IMG/VR virus record: IMGVR_UViG_3300033076_000557
Coordinates: 1 to 41,759 of that record
Source of the DNA: a virus
Taxonomy: Duplodnaviria > Caudoviricetes
DNA: 41,759 nt
Direction: 5' to 3' (one strand)
The stretch's first letter is position 1. Every line of letters begins with the position of its first letter. The position numbers and the translations under genes were made by a program. A model generated the notes under the pieces. That model did no database searches. It worked only from the letters and a program-made list of their open reading frames with translations, and was not told the DNA's origin. Shown piece by piece: positions 27,666 through 35,078 of this stretch.

Positions 27666-29258
27666 TCAAATCCTTTGGACCTTTCCCTCTAGGGGAGTAA
27701 ACCGTTTTGCGGCAAATGTGTTAGCTCGACTAACAACTGATTCACCATGACCTTGTATCAAGGCAAGAATGCCAATTCGTGCGCTATCAAGATGGTCATC
27801 TTTACCCGTGAATTTACCATGATCATCAATGGCATAGTTGCGAGCTTCGTCAAGAAACGTTTTACAGTTCTCGTTAATCAAGAAAGTTCCGCGCTCCATC
27901 ATTAACCGCATTATATTGATTCCGTAGGCAATGTGGTTTGTTACCTTGCCTTGGTCGTTCGGCGGGTTGAGAATAGCCCCTTGAATGCAGTTAAGACCAT
28001 ACGAGTCTTCGAACACTTCCCTGACGCTTTGTTCAGTAAGCGTGTAACGACCTGCAGTTCCTCCATCGTGGGGAAGGGCGATTGGAACGCCTTTGGATTC
28101 CTTGTCAAGCAAGTAATGTACGTATTCATCAGGCGTTTCACCGTTTGGAATGGTGATTTGTTTATGAAGGTAGATAACTTCTTGTACTGGATCACGGAAA
28201 AGGAACGAGATAACTGTCGGGTCATTTTTAATTCCCAAGTCAAAGCTAATTAAGCGTTCAAACTTCTCTTCTTTGCGAAGGTCAATGTCAACGCCTTTGT
28301 AAATAGGCCATTCCAGCAACGGGAACACCACGCCTTTGCCAACCATAGGAATACCGTTAATACGGCAATCACGCTCCCAAGGCATAAAGTCTCGACTAAG
28401 CTGGTCACGTTCTTCTTGTGAAAAAAACGGTTCACCCCATTCGTTTTCATACGGAATGTCGTTCCAAGTCACCCGCACATGCGAGTATCCCTCTACCTGA
28501 TCCCAAAACTTACGAACTAACCCTGACAACCCTTTGAGGGGGGTAAATGAGCAGATAACCTGTCCGTTTCGAGCTGCTGTACGAACAACAAGTTCTGAAA
28601 AAGTTTCATCTGGTGGCTGTTCATCAAGCACAACCAAGTCAAGCTCGAAACCTTGCAAGTGGCGAACTTGTTGTGTGTAGTTGCTGAAATAAAGCTTGGA
28701 CTTTCCACCACTAACGTGCCAGATTTCGATTGAGAGGACGTTGGCTCCATCGGACCTGTAGGACTTGTCATCAATGCACTCCTTTGGAATTGAGCCTGTG
28801 CCAAGTTTATATCCTTGCTTGATGTCATCGCATCCCAGCAATTTTGATTGCAAGGTTTTAGCCACCTGCTCCCAAGATTCGCCAGCCGCCATAGCCACAA
28901 TAGGCTTATCCCAAGTCTTGCCTTTCCAACCAGGAGGATAGCGACCTGTCAGGTGATAAGCAGTTTCGTAGGTAGAAGCAATGGTTTTACCAGCTCGGTT
29001 AGCGGCAATCATGCCACGGCGAGTTGATGTCAAGCCAGTTTCAAAGAACTTCTGTTGGTACTTAAATGGCCTAAACCATTTGAGCTGATTGAATTGCATC
29101 TCATGAGCTAACTTAGCTCGTGCAATCATCATTTTCTTTTTCTGTTCATCAGAAAGAGATTGGGCAGCTTTTTTACCCCCTGCCAATTTGACAAGGTACT
29201 TTAATGCTCGGTCTTTGTAGATTGGCTGAATGTAATCACTTGCTTCACTTTTTGCCAT
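27666..29258 (-). CDS. terL: Terminase large subunit
   Basis: Walker A AANRAGKT, Walker B LVVLDEQP, coupling motif SFTPLKG, nuclease SFDLG..DPT and DDHLDS. Confidence 0.95.
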   Translation of the reverse strand: MAKSEASDYIQPIYKDRALKYLVKLAGGKKAAQSLSDEQKKKMMIARAKLAHEMQFNQLKWFRPFKYQQKFFETGLTSTRRGMIAANRAGKTIASTYETAYHLTGRYPPGWKGKTWDKPIVAMAAGESWEQVAKTLQSKLLGCDDIKQGYKLGTGSIPKECIDDKSYRSDGANVLSIEIWHVSGGKSKLYFSNYTQQVRHLQGFELDLVVLDEQPPDETFSELVVRTAARNGQVICSFTPLKGLSGLVRKFWDQVEGYSHVRVTWNDIPYENEWGEPFFSQEERDQLSRDFMPWERDCRINGIPMVGKGVVFPLLEWPIYKGVDIDLRKEEKFERLISFDLGIKNDPTVISFLFRDPVQEVIYLHKQITIPNGETPDEYVHYLLDKESKGVPIALPHDGGTAGRYTLTEQSVREVFEDSYGLNCIQGAILNPPNDQGKVTNHIAYGINIMRLMMERGTFLINENCKTFLDEARNYAIDDHGKFTGKDDHLDSARIGILALIQGHGESVVSRANTFAAKRFTPLEGKVQRI

Positions 29259-29433
29259 ATGTGTCTCGTATGTTTAACAAGATATGAGCAGCTTGTGCCA
29301 AGTAATAAACGTCTTCAGGCTGAAGTTTTTGCTCACTTTGAAGGTCTTTTTGCAACCACTCTAAGCTTTTACGAGCGCAAACTTCTGCCTGACCAGACAA
29401 TCTCTGCCGAAAGATAGCAGAGAAGTCTTCCAT
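29245..29433 (-). CDS. Hypothetical protein
   Basis: Tightly packed in the late operon. Confidence 0.6.
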   Translation of the reverse strand: MEDFSAIFRQRLSGQAEVCARKSLEWLQKDLQSEQKLQPEDVYYLAQAAHILLNIRDTYGKK

Positions 29434-30075
29434 TTAAGCCCAAGGATCGGCAATGTTTTTAGCAGTAGCGCGAACCATGTCCTTATCAATCAAACCCCAA
29501 ATGCCGCCACCCTTTTCGCCAATCAAGAAGGTGTACAAACCTTGACCACGCTGAGTAAACGTGCCATCAGGGTTACGCATCACCAGCTCTTCAGTGCGAG
29601 GGTCGATCCAAGAATAGCGTTCAGGCACTTCTTGACCGTAGCGGTTGACCTTTGTACCAACAGCAATCTGCTCCAACGGACCCATCACTTGGTATGTGAT
29701 CAAGCCGTTGTTGTACTTTTTAAAGTTGATGCCCACTTTTTTGTCAGATTGAGGGTCTAACGGGTGAGGCATGTTGGTTGCGCCAAAGAAATGAACCATC
29801 GCATCTTCTGGAGGCAGGTCTTTGCTGCGCTCTGGAAGCTTACGAATCTCGTCAACAGGAATTTGTTCTTTGCGGTCAACATAAGGATTTTCATCCGTGA
29901 TGTATTCAGCAGGAATTTTCTTGCCTTCAAGAGCGTTCTTAGCAACCAAATATTGGTCTTCTTTTGGCTTGCCAATTAGATCAAGCGAAATCTGTGTACG
30001 GTCATACACAAATTGCGCAAGTTCTTTAGCCGTGGGTAAGTCGGCTTTTAAAGCCTCAATGTCATACGTTGCCAT
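29434..30075 (-). CDS. Hypothetical protein (213 aa)
   Basis: AAGGA RBS, typical codon usage, late operon. Confidence 0.7.
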   Translation of the reverse strand: MATYDIEALKADLPTAKELAQFVYDRTQISLDLIGKPKEDQYLVAKNALEGKKIPAEYITDENPYVDRKEQIPVDEIRKLPERSKDLPPEDAMVHFFGATNMPHPLDPQSDKKVGINFKKYNNGLITYQVMGPLEQIAVGTKVNRYGQEVPERYSWIDPRTEELVMRNPDGTFTQRGQGLYTFLIGEKGGGIWGLIDKDMVRATAKNIADPWA

Positions 30076-30084
30076 ATCTATCCT

Positions 30085-30309
30085 TTAGACGTTTTTCAGG
30101 GGTTTCACTTTTTGAAACTTGCCGCCATTCACATTATTTGTGGTTTGGTCAGACAAGTGAGTGACTTTAAACGCATTGCCAACGGCAGTAGCGATTTTTT
30201 GAGCGTGGCTGTGACCAGCCTCAAAAGCAGCCAATTTGCCATTGATACCTTTAGAAAGGCCTTTTGACATTTTTGCGCCGCCAGAGATTACTTTACCGTA
30301 TGCAGACAT
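30085..30309 (-). CDS. Small basic protein
   Basis: K/G/A-rich; GAGG RBS. Confidence 0.6.
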   Translation of the reverse strand: MSAYGKVISGGAKMSKGLSKGINGKLAAFEAGHSHAQKIATAVGNAFKVTHLSDQTTNNVNGGKFQKVKPLKNV

Positions 30310-30316
30310 GATTGCC

Positions 30317-30577
30317 TCACTTCAAGTAGGAAGAGTTTTTCAAGTAACCAGTGTTGGTTGACTTGGTGTCATAGCAGCAAGGAGTAGACACTTGCACTTT
30401 TTGATTGCGACCATTTACCTTGCCATCAGCAGCAGGAGCGCCAACATGACCAGCAGCATAAGCCGTAGAGCCTTGAGGACGAGTAACAGCGGTAACGCCA
30501 CCACCTTTAACAGCGGTGTTTTTGGAAATGTTGCCTTTGCGGTTTGGGGCTTGGGCATACAGGAAGTTAGTAGTCAT
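30317..30577 (-). CDS. Small basic protein
   Basis: GAAAGG RBS; K/G/T-rich. Confidence 0.6.
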   Translation of the reverse strand: MTTNFLYAQAPNRKGNISKNTAVKGGGVTAVTRPQGSTAYAAGHVGAPAADGKVNGRNQKVQVSTPCCYDTKSTNTGYLKNSSYLK

Positions 30578-30608
30578 TTCGGACCTTTCGTGATTGGTTA
30601 GCCAATTA

Positions 30609-31088
30609 TCACACTTTTCGCAACGAGTCTAAAAACTCGTCCATAGCATCTTCAGCCGTTACATCTTCATCTTTATGGACATTTTGTACATGTTCAATAG
30701 AAATGATAGGAGCGCGGGAAGATTCAAAAGCAGCCAGCTTGTCGGCAATACGAGCCTTTTCTTTGATGTCCAGCTCGTCAGAGTTCATGGCATGGATCAA
30801 AGTTTCCATCGCGGATGTCAGCGGAGGCAAGCCCATGCTGGTACGTTCGTCATTGAGCTTATTGAACGTAGCCCCGTACTCGGTAACTTTGTTGATAATC
30901 GACTTAGGCCGACCAGCGGTGTTACGGTTCGCTGGGTCATTGAGGCCACCAGTGCGCGGAAGCTTTTCGCCAGTAGCCAGTTTCATGGCTTTCTTCTCTG
31001 CACGTTTTGCAGCCGCATAAGCACGGGCTTCAGCTTTCTTTGCCTCGGAAGAAACGTGTGAACCTTCTGGCCTTATTTCGTCAAACAT
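30609..31088 (-). CDS. Probable terminase small subunit
   Basis: GG......N..GRPK...NK motif and R...A..LA.FE..R typical of TerS; upstream of terL. Confidence 0.65.
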   Translation of the reverse strand: MFDEIRPEGSHVSSEAKKAEARAYAAAKRAEKKAMKLATGEKLPRTGGLNDPANRNTAGRPKSIINKVTEYGATFNKLNDERTSMGLPPLTSAMETLIHAMNSDELDIKEKARIADKLAAFESSRAPIISIEHVQNVHKDEDVTAEDAMDEFLDSLRKV

Positions 31089-31615
31089 TTCATAGCCTCT
31101 TCAGTACGAATCCAAGCATAGGAGCCATTGACAATGAACCCACGCTTTTTGTGAATCTTCATAAACCCATCGTGGTCAGCACGAATGGATGTTGAACAGA
31201 CAATAGGAACATTCCAAGTATGCGCCCAAAGTATATGTTGGTCAATCATCTCGTTAACAAGACGTACACGAGTACGTACAGGCAAATTAAGGTCCAAGTG
31301 GTGGAACTTAGCATTTGAAATTTCTTCGTTAGAGTAGGTTGTATAACCACCACGGTCAAACCAGCAAAAGCCGAGAAGGGGTTGTTCAAAGCATTCCTTG
31401 TTTCTATCCCAGTTTTCAGTAGTCTCGCCTCGGCACACAGCAATGAACTCACGGGACTTGTTGAACAGTTGTTCAGTAGTCGCAACAGTAACCCTATGTC
31501 GGAACACCTTGCGATCCCGTTTAAGGATGCCATCAGCTTCATGACCAAAGAAGCTATCCGCCATCTCAACAATGTCCTCTACGTCATGCAGAGGGTGAGC
31601 CAATGACCATGCCAT
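31073..31615 (-). CDS. Divergent GNAT-fold protein
   Basis: W.LA....DVEDI, LLGFCW, RLVNEMI.....WA, F......GF...G pattern of N-acetyltransferases; lacks the canonical R/QxxGxG. Confidence 0.45.
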   Translation of the reverse strand: MAWSLAHPLHDVEDIVEMADSFFGHEADGILKRDRKVFRHRVTVATTEQLFNKSREFIAVCRGETTENWDRNKECFEQPLLGFCWFDRGGYTTYSNEEISNAKFHHLDLNLPVRTRVRLVNEMIDQHILWAHTWNVPIVCSTSIRADHDGFMKIHKKRGFIVNGSYAWIRTEEAMKCLTK

Positions 31616-31653
31616 ACTATTCTCCTGCGGAGCAAGCCGCGCATTTTTTACAT

Positions 31654-31735
31654 TACCAACACAACTGAGGACTGATTCTCTCCGTGAAAGGTGGTCGGCC
31701 TAGCCTCAGCCTAACAATCCTCATGTGTCTTGGTA
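31654..31735 (-). ncRNA. Candidate structured RNA hairpin 1 in the late leader
   Basis: UACCAA-G-ACA-CA-UGAGGAUUG pairs with CAGUCCUCA-GU-UGU-G-UUGGUA around a 40-nt loop; G-U pair favours the minus strand. Confidence 0.55.
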
Positions 31736-31753
31736 GGTAAAACCTAAACGGTA

Positions 31754-31814
31754 GGTACTCGCTGCACTGTGATAGCAAGCGTTGGCTCTTTCGTTCACAG
31801 CATCCGCTTTCCCC
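31754..31814 (-). ncRNA. Candidate structured RNA hairpin 2 with loop-E-like internal loop
   Basis: GG-GAA-AGC...CUGUGA / UCACAG...GCG-AGUA-CC; GAA opposite AGUA is the bulged-G signature. Confidence 0.5.
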
Positions 31815-31963
31815 ACGTGAAGAAGTCTACGACAGCTTCCCCCACAAAAGATTTTACAGGAAAAAATTTTATATAGCAATCGAGATATGTAATTTCTATT
31901 GGATAAAGGCGGGGTTTCATAGATGTTTTTTTAGAAAAAATTTGGGAATGGGTGAGTGGGCCT

Positions 31964-32040
31964 CCCCTCTCCGTCACCCAATCCAGCCCTACCCCCTCCG
32001 CGCCTTCAGCCAATCGGCTAGGGGGGTGTGAGTAGGGGGG
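31964..32040. other. G/C-run tract at the left edge of the early island (candidate terminus / packaging signal)
   Basis: C4,C3,C3,C5 runs then two G6 runs, preceded by T7/A6 tracts; point where transcription diverges upstream of terS. Confidence 0.4.
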
Positions 32041-32042
32041 TG

Positions 32043-32096
32043 AGTTACTGACTCGCTGGTCATTAGTTGTTTAAGTTACTGACTGGGCGGTCATTA
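32043..32096. promoter_or_regulatory. Tandem operator-like palindromes TGAC-N6-GTCA
   Basis: AGTTACTGACT-n4-GGTCATTA at 32043-32065 and 32074-32096 (20/23 identical, 31-bp period). Confidence 0.7.
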
Positions 32097-32188
32097 ATAG
32101 CTGAGTGGAAGGCCCGATCATTTAAGCGGTTTTCTTATTTCCCCTTCTCTTATGTCTCTCTCTATCTTCTCTCTCTTCTCTTATAGGT

Positions 32189-32324
32189 AGAGCTAACAAA
32201 GGCTTGGGGGTTTCCCTTTATTTATGCGGGTTCCGTGGGGGTTGCATAGAAGCTAACAATGCCGCTGCCTTCTCTTCTCTTCCCTTCTATCTCTACTACA
32301 TGAAGAGCTAACAAAGGCTTGGGG
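32189..32324 (+). repeat. 21-bp direct repeat AGAGCTAACAAAGGCTTGGGG plus a partial third copy, among CT-rich tracts
   Basis: Perfect copies at 32189-32209 and 32304-32324; core AGCTAACAA also at 32251-32259. Confidence 0.9.
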
Positions 32325-32420
32325 CTTCTCTCTTTTTCTTTTCTCTTTTCTTATGTCTTGAATTAGCACTAAATCAAGTTACTCATAACAACTCTATCTA
32401 GATATTTATGCATTTAGCTA

Positions 32421-32448
32421 TTGACATGTAGAGGCTAGGCTATACAAT
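32421..32448 (+). promoter_or_regulatory. Strong sigma70 promoter of the early island
   Basis: TTGACA-N16-TACAAT with AT-rich upstream DNA. Confidence 0.85.
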
Positions 32449-32504
32449 ACAGACAGAGACAGCAGCTCTCTACCTTAAATCTAATTCAATTCGAAAGGTT
32501 TTAC

Positions 32505-32801
32505 ATGTCGACAATCATTCTTTCCCCATCGCTCGCAGCTCTTACAGATGAAATCGGCGCGATTCGCGCAGAGATCAAACGCCTCGAATCAATCAATAAA
32601 CAGCTTACAGACCAGCTCAAAGATACAGGTGCTGGTAAGCATACAGGCGCGATCTATAAATCTACCGTTTATCCTGTACCAGAGAAAACTACTGTTAACT
32701 GGCACGCAGTAGCTATGCATTTCGAGCCATCGCGCCAGCTCATTACAGCTCACAGCAGCACATCTACAGGCTCTCTCGCTGCGCTGATCTCAAAGATTTA
32801 A
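32505..32801 (+). CDS. Conserved early phage coiled-coil protein
   Basis: DEIGAIRAEIKRLE....L...LK....G..Y..TV......TVNW.AVA pattern; GAAAGG RBS. Confidence 0.7.
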   Translation: MSTIILSPSLAALTDEIGAIRAEIKRLESINKQLTDQLKDTGAGKHTGAIYKSTVYPVPEKTTVNWHAVAMHFEPSRQLITAHSSTSTGSLAALISKI

Positions 32802-32810
32802 GGGTTTCAC

Positions 32811-32894
32811 ATGTCTAAATTTATCGTTTCTGCTTCTCTCTTCGCTGTGTGGGTTTGTCTCATGCTCTCTACTTTTGGCGTTTTAACTAAATAA
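32811..32894 (+). CDS. Hydrophobic peptide (27 aa)
   Basis: Hand translation MSKFIVSASLFAVWVCLMLSTFGVLTK; TAAGGG RBS; fills the gap in the operon exactly. Confidence 0.6.
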   Translation: MSKFIVSASLFAVWVCLMLSTFGVLTK

Positions 32895-32905
32895 GAGGTT
32901 TCATT

Positions 32906-33214
32906 ATGAAAAAGTCACAATTTTTCGCTGTCTCTCAATTTCTCACAGATTACCCAGATGGCATGTCGTTTAACGATGTGATCGATGCTGTCGCTGCTGG
33001 CAGTGATGAAATCACTCGCTGGGAGATGGTAGAGAGCTGGTCTGATGCTGATTTGGCAGAGGCGATAGAGATGTGCGAGCTGTCATTTTCTCGCGCTGTC
33101 GCTGATATTTTGAACGAGGAAAAAGAGTCAAAACCATCTAATGCACTAAATGAGCATTTTGGAGATGTGGATAAATTTCTGCGCGATCATTTCACCGTAA
33201 TTTCAATTAAATAA
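32906..33214 (+). CDS. Acidic hypothetical early protein
   Basis: About 21 D/E versus 9 K/R; TAAGAGG RBS. Confidence 0.7.
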   Translation: MKKSQFFAVSQFLTDYPDGMSFNDVIDAVAAGSDEITRWEMVESWSDADLAEAIEMCELSFSRAVADILNEEKESKPSNALNEHFGDVDKFLRDHFTVISIK

Positions 33215-33224
33215 GAGGCTCAAA

Positions 33225-34097
33225 ATGCAACGTAAAGTATTTAAAAACGCTCCAAAATTTAATTTGCTGCAAGATTTTGCTGCTGTCATTCAGTCAGGCG
33301 ATCAGCATGCTATTTCTCGCGCTCTCTATGCACTACAGATCAGCGAATCATTTCAGGGTAAGAGCTGGCAGACTAACTTTGCAAAGCTCGCAGATCTCTT
33401 CGCTGATGGCGCAGCTCGTTTCTCTATCTTCGCTGCTGGCGGTAACTCTAAGCTGCCTTTTGTCTCTTTTTCTACTTTGCCGGGCGTCACATGTCCTGGC
33501 GCTGGTGCATGCATCGATTACTGTTACAGCTACCGCGCATGGCGATATCCTGCTGCTTTTGCTCGCATGGCTCAGAATGCATGGCTGATGCGTTTCAATA
33601 CAGCAGCGATCAGCGCAGCTTTTGCAGAGATCGCACAGGCTCGCGCTGATGGCTTTGATTTTCGTCTGTATGTAGATGGCGATTTTTCCTCTGGCGCTGA
33701 TGTGGCATTTTGGATGGCTGAATTACATAAAACACCTACAGCTCGCGCCTATGGCTACAGCAAAAGCTTTGCTGCGCTACTGGGTTTTAACGTGATCGGC
33801 TCATGGCCTAAAAATTATCAGCTCAATATTTCAAGCGGTCACAATGCATCGCCATCGATGCTGGCTTACGTTAAACAGCTACCTATTACGCGAGGTGAAT
33901 TTATCGCTGTGTCTATCGGGCGAAAAGTAAAAGGTAGCGAGCATGGCACAGCAGCAGTAAATCAGGCGCTACGCGATGCTATGCCAGATCAGAAAATTTT
34001 TCCATGTCCCGGCACATGTGGCAGCTGTACAGGGAAAGGCCATGCATGCGGTATGCAGCAGCTAAAAGGCCGGGTTATTGCAATTGCTATGCACTGA
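33225..34097 (+). CDS. GP88-like Cys-rich protein (radical-SAM-like Fe-S fold suspected)
   Basis: GNSKL...SFS.LP..TCPGAGACIDYCY (Cx5Cx3C), FRLYVDGDF, YGYSK, P.N..LNIS, C-terminal CPGTCGSC...HAC. Confidence 0.75.
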   Translation: MQRKVFKNAPKFNLLQDFAAVIQSGDQHAISRALYALQISESFQGKSWQTNFAKLADLFADGAARFSIFAAGGNSKLPFVSFSTLPGVTCPGAGACIDYCYSYRAWRYPAAFARMAQNAWLMRFNTAAISAAFAEIAQARADGFDFRLYVDGDFSSGADVAFWMAELHKTPTARAYGYSKSFAALLGFNVIGSWPKNYQLNISSGHNASPSMLAYVKQLPITRGEFIAVSIGRKVKGSEHGTAAVNQALRDAMPDQKIFPCPGTCGSCTGKGHACGMQQLKGRVIAIAMH

Positions 34098-34107
34098 AAG
34101 GGTTTTT

Positions 34108-34224
34108 ATGTCTAAAACTGAAATCTGCGAATACTACGATTCGCACCCAAATCTCACATTGTCTGAGCTGTCAGCGATTACAGGAAAAACAATCGCGCAG
34201 CTTAAAAATATTCTGATGGGCTAA
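34108..34224 (+). CDS. Mini HTH-like protein (38 aa)
   Basis: Hand translation MSKTEICEYYDSHPNLTLSELSAITGKTIAQLKNILMG; TLSELS.ITG.T..QL HTH pattern; AAGGG RBS. Confidence 0.7.
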   Translation: MSKTEICEYYDSHPNLTLSELSAITGKTIAQLKNILMG

Positions 34225-34231
34225 AACCCGT

Positions 34232-34255
34232 ACCAGCTCTGCGCTGGTTTTTTTT
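34232..34255 (+). terminator. Rho-independent terminator of the early island operon
   Basis: ACCAGC-TCTGC-GCTGGT followed by a T-run. Confidence 0.8.
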
Positions 34256-34629
34256 GGTTTGTAGGTAGCACTGTGAGCCTGTCGCTGGCACTGATGTGCT
34301 GGCTGTCTGCGCCTGTCTGCTGGCTTTTCTGCTGGCTGTGCTGCTGCGCCTGTCTGATGCTGCCTGATGCGGTAGGCGGTAGCGTGAGCGCTGGTTTTAT
34401 AAGATGGGTTTATATCGGGGTTTATATGCTTGGGGCTTATGGGTTAGATATAGCGCTAAAACGCTATAAAACGCGATTTAAGGCGGGTTTTGCTATTGTC
34501 GCTGGGTTATATGCTTGGTGCGTAATGAGGCTATAGGTGAGCGTTTTATCAAGGCAAGGGGGCAAAATGAAGAATTATGTAAAGCTGACGGGGGTCATGG
34601 CGGGAAAAATGGTTTTTGATTTTGAAAAA

Positions 34630-34686
34630 CCCAAAACTCCCCCCACCAACTTTGACCCCTCCCCCCATAAAAAAAAGACCCTCCCC
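34630..34686. other. C-run/A-run tract at the right edge of the early island
   Basis: C3,C6,C4,C6,C3,C4 runs with an A8 run. Confidence 0.45.
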
Positions 34687-34721
34687 ATTTCTGAGAAGGG
34701 CCAAGGTTTTCACCCATGAAC

Positions 34722-35078
34722 TTAGTGAAAACGTAGGAGAAACAGGGTTTGGTTGATCAGGTTGGCAATATTGTCTACTTCGTTTTGAATTTCGCTGTCT
34801 TGGGGGAGCTTCGTGCGCTGTGTCTCGACATACTCTTTCAGCTCTTCAAGCTCTGCTTTGCCGTTGGCTGCTTGGGCATAGTAGCCCCCCTTGAAAGTAG
34901 GGGTAGCCCCATATTTTCCCATCAGCTTTTCAGCCAAGCTGTCAACCAACTCTGGTAGCTCTGTGTAAAACGCACCCAACGCTTGATGCTCTGCATAGCT
35001 TTTAGTCGTCCAGTGCAGCAGGTGTGTGTTGGTTGCTGCATGTAGCAGGGTCAACAAGAAGTCGGCTGATTCTTTCAT
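34722..35078 (-). CDS. Ferritin/Dps-like four-helix protein (DUF5856-like)
   Basis: H..HW.T.SYAEH.ALG.FY..L..LVD.LAE..MGKYG...E.QN..D.I..LI..T.F.L; ATGA start at 35078. Confidence 0.8.
   Translation of the reverse strand: MKESADFLLTLLHAATNTHLLHWTTKSYAEHQALGAFYTELPELVDSLAEKLMGKYGATPTFKGGYYAQAANGKAELEELKEYVETQRTKLPQDSEIQNEVDNIANLINQTLFLLRFH

Noticed and set aside
31795-32013. 72-aa minus-strand ORF
   Set aside because: Crosses G-runs, A/T tracts and a hairpin; no RBS; probably non-coding
32189-32324. Possible mini-CRISPR array
   Set aside because: Only two full 21-bp copies and a 9-bp partial; non-palindromic; low-complexity spacers; no cas genes
32461-34420. CRISPR PAM avoidance as the cause of the island's bias
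   Set aside because: AAG/CTT, GAA/TTC and GG/CC remain common in other contexts (AAAG, TAAG, GAAA); only the S-flanked tetramers are missing
34273-34719. ORFs 34273..34536 and 34537..34719
   Set aside because: Lie after the operon terminator; Cys/Trp/Leu or Pro/Lys content simply reflects CTG repeats and C/A runs
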